From: an uncultured Mycoplasmatota bacterium
GTDB lineage: Bacteria > Bacillota_I > Bacilli_A > RF39 > UBA660
Direction of reading: 5' to 3'
Assembly (NCBI GenBank): GCA_948437815.1
Contig: CAOJKG010000001.1
Coordinates: 1-36,970 of the forward strand
DNA: 36,970 nucleotides
A program made the translations under genes and the position numbers. Position 1 is the stretch's first letter. Each line of letters begins with the position of its first letter. Under the pieces are notes generated by a model. It was given only the letters and a program-made list of their open reading frames with translations, was not told the origin of the DNA and ran no database searches. Below, piece by piece: positions 26,330-34,738 of the stretch.

Positions 26330-26488
26330 ATGTCAGACAAAAAATTAGTTTGTAAAGATTGTGGTAAAGAATTTGATTTTACAGCAAAGGAACAAGAATT
26401 TTATCAAGAACATGGTTTAACAGAACCAAAAAGATGTAAAGCTTGTAGAGATTTAAAAAAACAAAATAATAATAGAAAAACAGCTTAA
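26330..26488 (+). CDS. Zinc-ribbon miniprotein (52 aa, CxxC...CxxC)
   Basis: This ORF is not in the ORF track because it is shorter than 60 aa. SD AAAGGAGG lies 8 nt upstream of ATG 26330. The translation is MSDKKLVCKDCGKEFDFTAKEQEFYQEHGLTEPKRCKACRDLKKQNNNRKTA, with stop TAA at 26486-26488. It matches the widespread small 'probable zinc-ribbon' family (CxxCGxxFxF..EQxFY...P.RCxxCR). Confidence 0.7.
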   Translation: MSDKKLVCKDCGKEFDFTAKEQEFYQEHGLTEPKRCKACRDLKKQNNNRKTA

Positions 26489-26507
26489 TTTGATAAGTTG
26501 TTTTTTT
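26479..26507 (+). terminator. Rho-independent terminator after the zinc-ribbon gene
   Basis: AACAGCTTA (26479-26487) pairs with TAAGTTGTT (26494-26502), including one G-U pair, followed by T7. Confidence 0.6.
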
Positions 26508-26556
26508 ATTGACAAATTTTTTATTTTTTATTTTGTATAATTATATTGGTGATAAT

Positions 26557-27462
26557 ATGAAAAGATTTATAACAAGAAAGACTATTAAAGTTCCAAGATA
26601 TAAATTATTGTGTTTTTATATGATTTTAACTATAGTTTTAATGATTTTTATTAAATTAAGTTTAAATATGTTTTTAAAATCTTTTAATCAAGAAAAATTA
26701 ATTAATTCTATTATTAATAATAGTTATGGTAATATTTTTACTACTATTGATAATAGTAAAGAAAATAGATTTTATAATAATATATTTGGTTTTCCTTTTA
26801 GTAATGAATCTAAGGTGAGTAATATTATAAATACAGAGCCTGTAATATATTTATATAATACTTTTCAAACGGATAAATATGTTAATCCTTATTATAGTTC
26901 TTATAGTATAAATCCGGTTGTAACGCAGGGCAATTTAATATTACAAGAATATTTAAAAAAATTAAATATTAATTCTTTAGTAGAAAAAGAAAGTGTTGCT
27001 AAAACTTTAAAAGATAATAATATAGATTATTCTCTTAGCTATAAAGGTTCTAGAATATTAATGGAAAAAGCTAAAAATAATAATCAAGGATTAGAATACT
27101 TTTTTGATATAGGAGTAAGTGAAGATAAAAGAGATGTTACTACTTATATAGGAGAAAAAGAAAATTTTGCTAAAATATTATTTATTGTAGGAACAGATTA
27201 TGATACTTACGAAGAAAATAAAAGATTTGCTACTATTTTAAATGATAAGTTAATAAATATTAATAAAAATATTACAAGAGGTATTAGTATGCGTGGAGGG
27301 AATGGTTTTCATGGTGTATATAATCAAGATTTCTCCTCTAAAGCTTTGAGAATCTTTATTGGTGGTAAAGAAAATACTATTGATGAAGTTAATAGAAGTT
27401 TAAAATTATTAGCTAATGTTATAGCATTTTATATAGAGGAGGAAAAGAATGAAAAAAAATAA
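26557..27462 (+). CDS. spoIIP: Stage II sporulation protein P (SpoIIP) family, possibly catalytically degenerate
   Basis: ORF 26509..27462 trimmed to ATG 26557. There is an N-terminal TM segment. The C-terminal two-thirds align by eye with SpoIIP (FAKILFIVGTDYDTYEENKRFATILNDKL...ITRGISMRGGNGFHGVYNQDFSSKALRIFIGGKENTIDEVNRSLKLLANVIA). The expected metal-ligand positions appear substituted (see findings). Confidence 0.7.
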   Translation: MKRFITRKTIKVPRYKLLCFYMILTIVLMIFIKLSLNMFLKSFNQEKLINSIINNSYGNIFTTIDNSKENRFYNNIFGFPFSNESKVSNIINTEPVIYLYNTFQTDKYVNPYYSSYSINPVVTQGNLILQEYLKKLNINSLVEKESVAKTLKDNNIDYSLSYKGSRILMEKAKNNNQGLEYFFDIGVSEDKRDVTTYIGEKENFAKILFIVGTDYDTYEENKRFATILNDKLININKNITRGISMRGGNGFHGVYNQDFSSKALRIFIGGKENTIDEVNRSLKLLANVIAFYIEEEKNEKK

Positions 27463-27778
27463 AAAAACTAGATATTTTTTTAGAACTTTACATATATTAT
27501 TTTTTATGTATATTGCTCTTATTATAGCTTATGAAAGTGGTTATTATGAAACTAAATCACATAATAGGGCAGTTCTTACTAAAGAAGCAATGGAAAGATT
27601 TGAAAGTGATTTAGCTCAAGGGCAAGTAATAGATGTTAAAGATTATTTAAAATCTGAAAATCCTGATTACTCTAATGGAATAACAAAAGTTGGTAATAAA
27701 ATATCTAATGGAATAAGTGATTTTATGACAAAAGGATTATCAGGGATTTTTGATGTTTTAAAAGGATGGTTTTGGTAA
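27449..27778 (+). CDS. Small membrane protein, YqxA-like by position (downstream of spoIIP)
   Basis: It overlaps the spoIIP end by 14 nt and has SD GAGGAGGAA. It has one TM segment (FFRTLHILFFMYIALIIAY) and is 109 aa. The family assignment rests on synteny and size only. Confidence 0.4.
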   Translation: MKKNKKTRYFFRTLHILFFMYIALIIAYESGYYETKSHNRAVLTKEAMERFESDLAQGQVIDVKDYLKSENPDYSNGITKVGNKISNGISDFMTKGLSGIFDVLKGWFW

Positions 27779-28024
27779 TAGATAAAAAATTATATAAAAA
27801 AAACAAGTGACATAAAGTAGGCACATAGAATAAATTAAAACTTGACTTCCTTATTCTGTTTCTTTCTGTATACATTTTTACTAGATAATTCTTTTTATGT
27901 TAAATTTTTTATAAAAATATTATTGCTTTTACAAAGTGCGACAAATCTTGACACAACTTTATGCTATGATAAGTTTATTTTCTAATATATTTAATGAAAA
28001 TATAATTTGAAAGGAACAGAAGTA

Positions 28025-28561
28025 ATGATTACAAAAGAGAAAAATATTCCATTAAATGACGTAGTATTTAATAAATATAAAAACGTTAATGAAATATTTA
28101 AAAGTGAAAGATTAGACGAAGAAAATGGATATTATGTTATGTCAAAACTGAAAATAGAAAAAGAATTTATTTTTAATTTAAGCAATACTGATATATATCA
28201 TTTTGCTGTTATAATTTTTAAAAAATATCATAATATTAATATATTTAATAATAATAGAGTAGATATAATAGTCTCAAATACTGATATAAAAGAAAGTATA
28301 AATAAAATAAATAATAATTCTTTACAAAAAAGATATTTAAAAGAGCATTTAATTATTTTTTCTGATTTAGGTAATATCATAAGAAACGCGATATTAGTTA
28401 ATCAAACTCTAGAAAATAAAGATAGATCTCAAAACAAGCTTTGGAGCTATTATTTAATTAAGTTAGTTATAGAAAATGTTGAGTTTTTATTTGAGTTTGA
28501 TGTAATATATAAAGAAAACAAAGAAAATCATTATAGAATACAAAGATTAGAAAAAATATAA
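28025..28561 (+). CDS. Hypothetical cytoplasmic protein (178 aa), orphan, very AT-rich
   Basis: ORF 28007..28561 trimmed to ATG 28025. No signal peptide, TM segment or motif that I can name with confidence. It is flanked by unusually long non-coding regions (228 nt and 192 nt). Confidence 0.45.
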   Translation: MITKEKNIPLNDVVFNKYKNVNEIFKSERLDEENGYYVMSKLKIEKEFIFNLSNTDIYHFAVIIFKKYHNINIFNNNRVDIIVSNTDIKESINKINNNSLQKRYLKEHLIIFSDLGNIIRNAILVNQTLENKDRSQNKLWSYYLIKLVIENVEFLFEFDVIYKENKENHYRIQRLEKI

Positions 28562-28753
28562 AAGCAAGTTATGTCGTCCGGAAGTATTAATAATACCTCT
28601 CCGAATTTAACATAACTCGCTTCTGCTTACAATGATATCATATGATTTGCACTAAGTCAAATTTTCTTTTTATAAACTTAAATATGGTAGAAAACTAATT
28701 TTTATATAGTTTTTTTTCTCTTTTCTTAGTATAATTAAATGAGAGGTGAGTTT

Positions 28754-29842
28754 ATGCGAATAGTTGTTAGTGCTGGTGGTACCGGTGGGCATATTTATCC
28801 AGCTTTGGCTATAGTAAATAAACTAAAAGAAGAATGTAAAAATTTGGAAGTTTTATATATTGGTACAAAAAATAGAATGGAAAGTGAAATTGTTCCCAAT
28901 AGAGGTATTCCTTATGAAGGAATAGAAATATATGGTTTTAGTAAAAATATTATGAAGGATATTAAAAATATTTTTTATATTAATAAAAGTTATAAGAAGT
29001 GTGTTAAATTAATAAAAGATTTTAATCCAGATTTAGTTTTGGGTTTTGGAGGATATGTAACTTATCCTGTTTTAAAAGCGGCTAAAAAACTTAAAATTAA
29101 AACATTTTTACATGAGCAGAATAGTATTGTTGGAAAAACGAATAGAGTATTATCTAAAGATATAGACTTGGTAGCAGTTTCTTTTGAATCTACAAAAGAG
29201 AGTTTTAAAAAAGCGAAAAAAGTTATTTATTCTGGAAATCCTTGTGGAGAAGCATCTTTAAGTACGAAAGAAATTAAAAAAAGTGATATAGGACTTGATA
29301 ATAATAAAAAGTTGGTTTTAGTTGTAGCAGGTTCTTTGGGTAGTAGTTCTATGAATGCTAAATTAAAAGAATTTATTTTAATGTCGCGTAAAAGTAATTA
29401 TCAAATTTTATATATTACAGGTAAAAAATATTATGAAGACTTTATTAAAGATTTAAAACTTCCTAGTAATGTAAAAGTTTTACCTTATTTAGATAATTTA
29501 GCTGGGTTAATTAAAAATACGGATTTAATGGTTACAAGAGCGGGAGCTAGCACAATGAGTGAGATTTTAGCTTTAAATGTGCCTGCAATATTTATTCCAA
29601 GTCCTTATGTTGCTAATAATCATCAGTTTTATAATGCTAAAGAAATTGTTGATAAAAAAGCAGGGATTATGATTGAGGAAAAAGATTTAACAGGTGAAAA
29701 ATTATTTTTAGAAGTTACAGAAATACTTAATAATGAAGAAGAATATCAAATTATGAAGAATAATTTAAAAAATATGGGACGTACTGATAGTAGTGAGCTA
29801 ATTGTAAATGAAATTAAGGTGATTTTAAATGGAAAATATTAA
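28754..29842 (+). CDS. murG: UDP-N-acetylglucosamine--N-acetylmuramyl-(pentapeptide) pyrophosphoryl-undecaprenol N-acetylglucosamine transferase
   Basis: ORF trimmed to ATG 28754 after GAGAGGTGAG. The N-terminus is MRIVVSAGGTGGHIYPALA. Also present are GGYVTYP, HEQN and VTRAGASTMSEILALNVPAIFIPSP. Confidence 0.9.
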   Translation: MRIVVSAGGTGGHIYPALAIVNKLKEECKNLEVLYIGTKNRMESEIVPNRGIPYEGIEIYGFSKNIMKDIKNIFYINKSYKKCVKLIKDFNPDLVLGFGGYVTYPVLKAAKKLKIKTFLHEQNSIVGKTNRVLSKDIDLVAVSFESTKESFKKAKKVIYSGNPCGEASLSTKEIKKSDIGLDNNKKLVLVVAGSLGSSSMNAKLKEFILMSRKSNYQILYITGKKYYEDFIKDLKLPSNVKVLPYLDNLAGLIKNTDLMVTRAGASTMSEILALNVPAIFIPSPYVANNHQFYNAKEIVDKKAGIMIEEKDLTGEKLFLEVTEILNNEEEYQIMKNNLKNMGRTDSSELIVNEIKVILNGKY

Positions 29843-30707
29843 AGATATAACTATAAAAAAGGATGTTTCTTTAAAAAATTATAATACTTATAAAATAGTA
29901 TCAAAAAGTGATTATTTAATAGAAGTTTCATCTATTGAAGGGTTAATAGATTTAATTAAGTATTTAAAAGAAGAAAATATTGATTTTATGATTTTAGGTA
30001 ATGGCTCTAATATAATATTAGACGATTATTTTAAAGGCGCTATTATTAAACTTAGTGGTTTTGATTATGTAAATATTAATAATAAAAAGGTTGTAGTTGG
30101 AGCAGGAACTATGATGGCTAAACTTACAATGAGTACAATCAATGAAAATTTGACAGGTTTAGAGTGGGCTGTTAATATTCCTGGAACTATTGGAGGGTCA
30201 ATAGTTGGAAATGCTGGTGCCTATAATTCAGAAATATTTGATAATTTGATAAGTATAAAAGTTTTGAATGATGATTTTGAAGTTGTAGATATGTCAAAAG
30301 ATGAATTTATTTATGAATATCGTCATACTAATATTAAAGAATTAGGCTTAATTGTTTTAGAAGCAACTTTTTTGTTAGAAGATGGCAGAAAGGAAGAATC
30401 TTTACAAATTATTCAAGATAGATGTGAAAGACGTAAAATTAGTCAACCACTTGATATGCCATCAGCGGGTAGTGTTTTTCGTAATCCAGAAGGAGATTAT
30501 GCAGGAAGACTTATTGAAGCAGTTGGTTTAAAAGGGAAAAAAATAGGTGGGGCAGAAGTTTCTAATAAACATGCCAATTTTATTGTCAATGCTGGTAATG
30601 CTACTAGTAATGATGTAAAAAGTTTGATAAAATTAATTAGAGAAGAAGTTAAAAAAGAATTTAATATTGATCTAGTATTAGAACAAGAAATAATTAACTG
30701 GAAATAA
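29829..30707 (+). CDS. murB: UDP-N-acetylenolpyruvoylglucosamine reductase
   Basis: It overlaps the murG end by 14 nt. It has an FAD-binding segment (MILGNGSNIIL), GTIGGSIVGNAGAY, PSAGSVFRNP and GGAEVSNKHANFIVN. Confidence 0.9.
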   Translation: MENIKDITIKKDVSLKNYNTYKIVSKSDYLIEVSSIEGLIDLIKYLKEENIDFMILGNGSNIILDDYFKGAIIKLSGFDYVNINNKKVVVGAGTMMAKLTMSTINENLTGLEWAVNIPGTIGGSIVGNAGAYNSEIFDNLISIKVLNDDFEVVDMSKDEFIYEYRHTNIKELGLIVLEATFLLEDGRKEESLQIIQDRCERRKISQPLDMPSAGSVFRNPEGDYAGRLIEAVGLKGKKIGGAEVSNKHANFIVNAGNATSNDVKSLIKLIREEVKKEFNIDLVLEQEIINWK

Positions 30708-30727
30708 TTTAAAAAGGTGCGAAAATA

Positions 30728-31519
30728 ATGGCTACAAAAAAGGTAAAAAGGAAGAAGCTTAATATAAAAAGACTTATATTGTTATTATTAATTTTATATT
30801 TAATAATAATGATTTGTTATGCAATTATTTCGATGCCTATAAAAAATATCTATATTAGAAATACAAGACTTATAAAAGATAATGAAATTATTGAAATAGC
30901 TGGAATTAAAAACTATCCAGGAATATTTAAGATAAGTTCAAAAAAAATGGAAGAAAATATAAAAAAATTAGATTTAGTAAGTAGTGTAAAAGTAAAAAAG
31001 AAAATCTGGGGAAAAATAATTATAACTGTTGAGGAAGCAAAACCACTTTTTTATAATAGAAATGAAGAGAAAATTGTTCTTAGTAATATGAAAAGAGTTA
31101 GTCCAAGTAATAAATATTTAGGTATTCCAACTCTTGTTAATTATGTACCAAATGATTTGTTAGAGAATTTTATAAAAGCTTTTAGTATTATTGATAATGA
31201 TATTATAGGGATGATTAATGAGATAAAATATAATCCAGATATAGCAGGAGATATTGTTATTGATAATAATCGCTTTTTGCTTAGTATGAATGATACTAAT
31301 TTAGTTTATGTTAATACACTTAATATGAAAAGATTGAATGATTATAAAAAAGTTATGGGAACTATTGGAGATGCTAGAGGTACTTTATATTTGGATAGTT
31401 ATAATAGTAATAATAGTCTTTTTACACAGTTTGAAAATCAAGATACTGATGTAGATGATGATGATAAAAAAGATGATGAAAATGCAGGGGATAGTGATAA
31501 TGATGGAAGAGAAGATTAA
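30728..31519 (+). CDS. divIB: Cell-division protein DivIB/FtsQ (POTRA domain) with an acidic C-terminal tail
   Basis: It has a basic N-terminus, a TM segment (LILLLLILYLIIMICYAIIS) and a POTRA-like segment (IKNIYIRNTRLIKDNEIIEIAGI). The position after murG-murB fits. The tail is DTDVDDDDKKDDENAGDSDNDGRED. Confidence 0.75.
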   Translation: MATKKVKRKKLNIKRLILLLLILYLIIMICYAIISMPIKNIYIRNTRLIKDNEIIEIAGIKNYPGIFKISSKKMEENIKKLDLVSSVKVKKKIWGKIIITVEEAKPLFYNRNEEKIVLSNMKRVSPSNKYLGIPTLVNYVPNDLLENFIKAFSIIDNDIIGMINEIKYNPDIAGDIVIDNNRFLLSMNDTNLVYVNTLNMKRLNDYKKVMGTIGDARGTLYLDSYNSNNSLFTQFENQDTDVDDDDKKDDENAGDSDNDGRED

Positions 31520-32150
31520 TTATAAAAATAGATTATTGGATTTGGTAAAAACATTTAATGATAAACCAAAACTATTACTTCATAGTTGTTGTGGTCCTTG
31601 TTCAACACAAGTAATAGATTTTTTAAAAGATTATTTTATAATTACTATTTATTATTATAATCCTAATATTGAACCATTTGAGGAATATTTAAAAAGAAAA
31701 AATGAACAAATAAAATTTATTCAAAAGTTTAATGAGAATAGTCAGAATAAACTTGAATTTATAGATTGTGATTATAATAATGAGGATTATAAAGATATAG
31801 TTGATAATATCGAGCAAATAAAAGAAGGTGGAGCTAGATGCTCCAAATGTTTCTATTTAAGATTAGAAAATACAGCTAAAAAAGCTTTAGAAAATAATTT
31901 CGACTATTTTGGAACAACTTTAACTGTTAGTCCTCATAAAAATAGTCAGATTATAAATAAAATAGGGGAAGATATATCTAATAAATTAAATATTAAGTAT
32001 ATTTATGGTGATTTTAAAAAGAATGATGGTTATAAAAAAAGTATAGAATTTGCTCGAGAGTATGATTTGTATCGACAAGATTATTGTGGGTGCTTATATG
32101 GCAAAGATTTACAAAATAAAAGTATGAAAAAAGAAGAAACAATTAATTAA
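31503..32150 (+). CDS. queH: Epoxyqueuosine reductase QueH (DUF208 family)
   Basis: ORF 31455..32150 trimmed to ATG 31503 (ATG 31500 is equally possible). The hallmark motifs are LLLHSCCGPCS, GARCSKCF, TLTVSPHK and QDYCGC. Confidence 0.8.
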   Translation: MEEKINYKNRLLDLVKTFNDKPKLLLHSCCGPCSTQVIDFLKDYFIITIYYYNPNIEPFEEYLKRKNEQIKFIQKFNENSQNKLEFIDCDYNNEDYKDIVDNIEQIKEGGARCSKCFYLRLENTAKKALENNFDYFGTTLTVSPHKNSQIINKIGEDISNKLNIKYIYGDFKKNDGYKKSIEFAREYDLYRQDYCGCLYGKDLQNKSMKKEETIN

Positions 32151-32163
32151 TGTTCTTCTTTTT
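32131..32163. terminator. Bidirectional hairpin between convergent queH and the GspE-like gene
   Basis: AAGAAGAAACA (32131-32141) pairs with TGTTCTTCTT (32151-32160), with one bulged A, across loop ATTAATTAA. T-runs lie on both sides. Confidence 0.5.
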
Positions 32164-33367
32164 AAATTTCTAATTCTTCAGTAGAGGAAGTATCAATTGT
32201 TTTTAAAACTTCTTCCATGGTAGTTAGTCCTTCAATAGCTTTTTTTAATCCATCTTCAAACATTGTAGTGATATCTTCTTTAGAATTGTAAACTAATTTT
32301 TTTAATTCTTTACGATTCATATTGGATGTTATAGCATCTCTAATATCTTCATTAATTGTTAATACTTCATGAATAGCAATTCTACCAATAAATCCATGAT
32401 TACAATATTTACAACCAACAGGTATATAAACTTCGGGAACAGTAATACCTAAATGTTTTTTTATTAAATTTCTTTCATATTCATTTGTAGGTCTTGTACT
32501 GCGACATCTTGGACAAAGCTTTTTTACAAGTTTTTGAGAAATGATTCCAGTTAGGGCAGAACCTAATAAATATCTTTCTACTTCCATATCAATTAATCTT
32601 TCGATAGTAGTTAGGGAATTATTAGTATGAACTGTTGATAATACTAAGTGACCAGTAATACTAGCACGTACAGCAATACGAGCTGTTTCATTATCTCTTA
32701 TTTCACCAACCATTATAATATCAGGGTCTTGTCTTAAAATACTTCTTAAAGTATGAGAAAAAGTTAGACCAATATCACTTAATACTTGAACTTGATTAAT
32801 ATTTTCGATTTTCATTTCAACGGGGTCTTCAACAGTGATTATGTTTCTTTCTTTGCTATTTAATTTTTGAAGAAGAGCATAGACAGTTGTTGATTTACCA
32901 GTACCTGTTGCACCTGTTACTAAAATTAAACCATTGGGTTTAGATATCATTTTATTAATTTTGTTTAGATTATTTTCGGAAAAACCTAAGTTTTCTAAAC
33001 CTTTTAAACTCATAGAATAATCAAGAATACGAATAACAATTTTTTCGCCATCAACAACAGGAAGTGATGATACACGTAAATCAAGATTATAAGAATCAAC
33101 TATATTTTTAATCGCTCCATCTTGAGGAAGTCTAGTTTCAGTTATATTCATACCACTTATTATTTTTATTCTAGTAATAAGATTTTTCTTTAACATATTA
33201 GGGATTTTAGCATAATCTTGTAATTCTCCATCTATTCTTATTCTAACCATTAATGAATTTCTTGAAGGGTCAAAATGAATATCACTGGCTTTTCTTTTTA
33301 TAGCATCGACAATTATTATATTTACTATATCAACAATAGAAGTTTTTTCAAAATCAAATTCTTTCAT
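32162..33367 (-). CDS. GspE/PilB-type secretion or type IV pilus assembly ATPase, orphan
   Basis: ORF trimmed to ATG 33367, 8 nt after AGGTGA. Motifs: Walker A GATGTGKST, Asp box ITVEDPVE, Walker B IIMVGEIRD, His box TGHLVLSTVHTN and a tetracysteine (CPRC ... CKYC). No pilin, platform or peptidase genes are adjacent. Confidence 0.85.
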   Translation of the reverse strand: MKEFDFEKTSIVDIVNIIIVDAIKRKASDIHFDPSRNSLMVRIRIDGELQDYAKIPNMLKKNLITRIKIISGMNITETRLPQDGAIKNIVDSYNLDLRVSSLPVVDGEKIVIRILDYSMSLKGLENLGFSENNLNKINKMISKPNGLILVTGATGTGKSTTVYALLQKLNSKERNIITVEDPVEMKIENINQVQVLSDIGLTFSHTLRSILRQDPDIIMVGEIRDNETARIAVRASITGHLVLSTVHTNNSLTTIERLIDMEVERYLLGSALTGIISQKLVKKLCPRCRSTRPTNEYERNLIKKHLGITVPEVYIPVGCKYCNHGFIGRIAIHEVLTINEDIRDAITSNMNRKELKKLVYNSKEDITTMFEDGLKKAIEGLTTMEEVLKTIDTSSTEELEI

Positions 33368-33449
33368 ATTAAGTATCACCTATTCTAATATAGATTATAC
33401 TATATTTTTAATATTTTCTCAATTTATATTTCCTAAATTTATGTAAAGA

Positions 33450-33458
33450 TGTTATAAT
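33450..33458 (+). promoter_or_regulatory. Putative extended -10 element upstream of the methyltransferase gene
   Basis: TGtTATAAT (TG 33450-33451, TATAAT 33453-33458) lies 18 nt before ATG 33476. There is no clear SD in between, which would imply a very short leader. Confidence 0.3.
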
Positions 33459-33475
33459 ACTTTTGTGATGTAAAA

Positions 33476-34684
33476 ATGGAAATAGTTACAATAGAATCTT
33501 TAGACCATTTTGGGTTAGGTATTGCTCATATTAATGAAAAAGTTGTTTTTGTAGAAAATGCTCTACCAGGAGAAGTTGTTAAAATAGAAAAACTTGAAGA
33601 TAAAAATAAATATATGAAAGCGAGAGTTTTAGAATATATAAAGAAAAGTGATAAAAGAATAAAAGCATTATGTCCTTATTTTAATATTTGTGGTGGGTGT
33701 TCTTTAATGTTTTATTCTTATAATGATACTTTGGACTATAAACTTAAAAAAGTAGAGGAATTAATATTTAAGAATAAAATAAAATATAAGGGTAATATTG
33801 AAATAGTTGAAAATCAAAATCCAATCAATTATCGAAATAAAGTTAGTTTAAAAATAGTTGATGGAAAAATGGGGTATTATAAAAGTAAAACTCATGAGCT
33901 CGTAGAAATAATTGAATGCTTTGTTGCTAATCAAGAAATAAATAAAATCATTAAGAATTTTAAATTGTTAAATGTTCAAAATGGTTCTTTAATAGTTAGA
34001 GTTAATTCAAATAAGGAAGTTTTACTTATAATTGAATGTCCTAATGATAATTATAATATTGAAATTGATAGATTAAAAGAATTAGTTAAATTAGTAGGGA
34101 TTGTTTATAATAATAAAACTATTTATGGAGATAATTTCTTTTATGAAAGAATAGGTGGATTCTTATTTAAAGTAAGCTTTAATTCTTTTTTTCAAATTAA
34201 TCATTATATTTGTTCTTTATTATTTGAGTTTATAAATGAAGAAATAACACCAAATGATATAGTACTCGATTTATATAGTGGGGTTGGGACTCTTGGAATA
34301 GTCGCTAGTAAAAAAGCTAGGAGAGTTATAAGTGTTGAAATTGTAAAAAATGCAGTTTTAAATGGATTATTTAATGCTAAAATTAATAAGCAAAATAATA
34401 TTCAGTTTATACTTGGGGATACTTCTAAAATAATTAATAAAATTAAAAATGATTTTGATACTTTAATAATAGATCCACCTAGAAGTGGTTTAGATAAAAA
34501 TACTATTTTGTTTATAAAAAATAAGTTGCCTAAAAAAATTATTTATGTTTCATGTGATGCGAATACTTTAATGCGTGATTTAAAATTATTAGAAAATGAT
34601 TATGAAATTACTAATTATAAAGTTTTAGATATGTTTAGTTATAGTTATCATTTAGAGAGTTTTGTTGTTTTAAAAATAAAATAA
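33476..34684 (+). CDS. rlmD: 23S rRNA (uracil-C5)-methyltransferase, RumA/RlmD family (TRAM domain, Fe-S cluster, SAM methyltransferase)
   Basis: The N-terminal TRAM-like segment is followed by CPYFNICGGCS and a later Cys (IIECF). Also present are FFQIN, VLDLYSGVGTLG, IIDPPRSGL and IYVSCD. Confidence 0.85.
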   Translation: MEIVTIESLDHFGLGIAHINEKVVFVENALPGEVVKIEKLEDKNKYMKARVLEYIKKSDKRIKALCPYFNICGGCSLMFYSYNDTLDYKLKKVEELIFKNKIKYKGNIEIVENQNPINYRNKVSLKIVDGKMGYYKSKTHELVEIIECFVANQEINKIIKNFKLLNVQNGSLIVRVNSNKEVLLIIECPNDNYNIEIDRLKELVKLVGIVYNNKTIYGDNFFYERIGGFLFKVSFNSFFQINHYICSLLFEFINEEITPNDIVLDLYSGVGTLGIVASKKARRVISVEIVKNAVLNGLFNAKINKQNNIQFILGDTSKIINKIKNDFDTLIIDPPRSGLDKNTILFIKNKLPKKIIYVSCDANTLMRDLKLLENDYEITNYKVLDMFSYSYHLESFVVLKIK

Positions 34685-34709
34685 TAGCGAATTATAGTTT
34701 GTATTGAAT

Positions 34710-34738
34710 TTGACAAAATTATTGTTTTGTGGTATGAT
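34710..34738 (+). promoter_or_regulatory. Strong sigma-A type promoter of the amidoligase-GGCT operon
   Basis: TTGACA (34710-34715), a 17-nt spacer, then TATGAT (34733-34738) with an extended -10 TG (34730-34731). Confidence 0.65.

Noticed and set aside
27837-28665. A 12-nt inverted repeat (AAAACTTGACTT at 27837-27848 and AAGTCAAATTTT at 28654-28665, 11 of 12 matching) flanking the orphan ORF, as possible terminal inverted repeats of a small mobile element.
   Set aside because: It is short, AT-rich and contains TTGACT, so it may just be -35-like hexamers on opposite strands. There are no target-site duplications and no transposase.
28730-28735. Isolated TATAAT hexamers close to start codons (for example 28730-28735 before murG, 2983-2988 before the permease gene, 28001-28006 before the orphan ORF), considered as promoters.
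   Set aside because: Each lacks a credible -35 or TG extension. Each would also place the transcription start inside or after the ribosome-binding site. TATAAT is expected by chance at this base composition.
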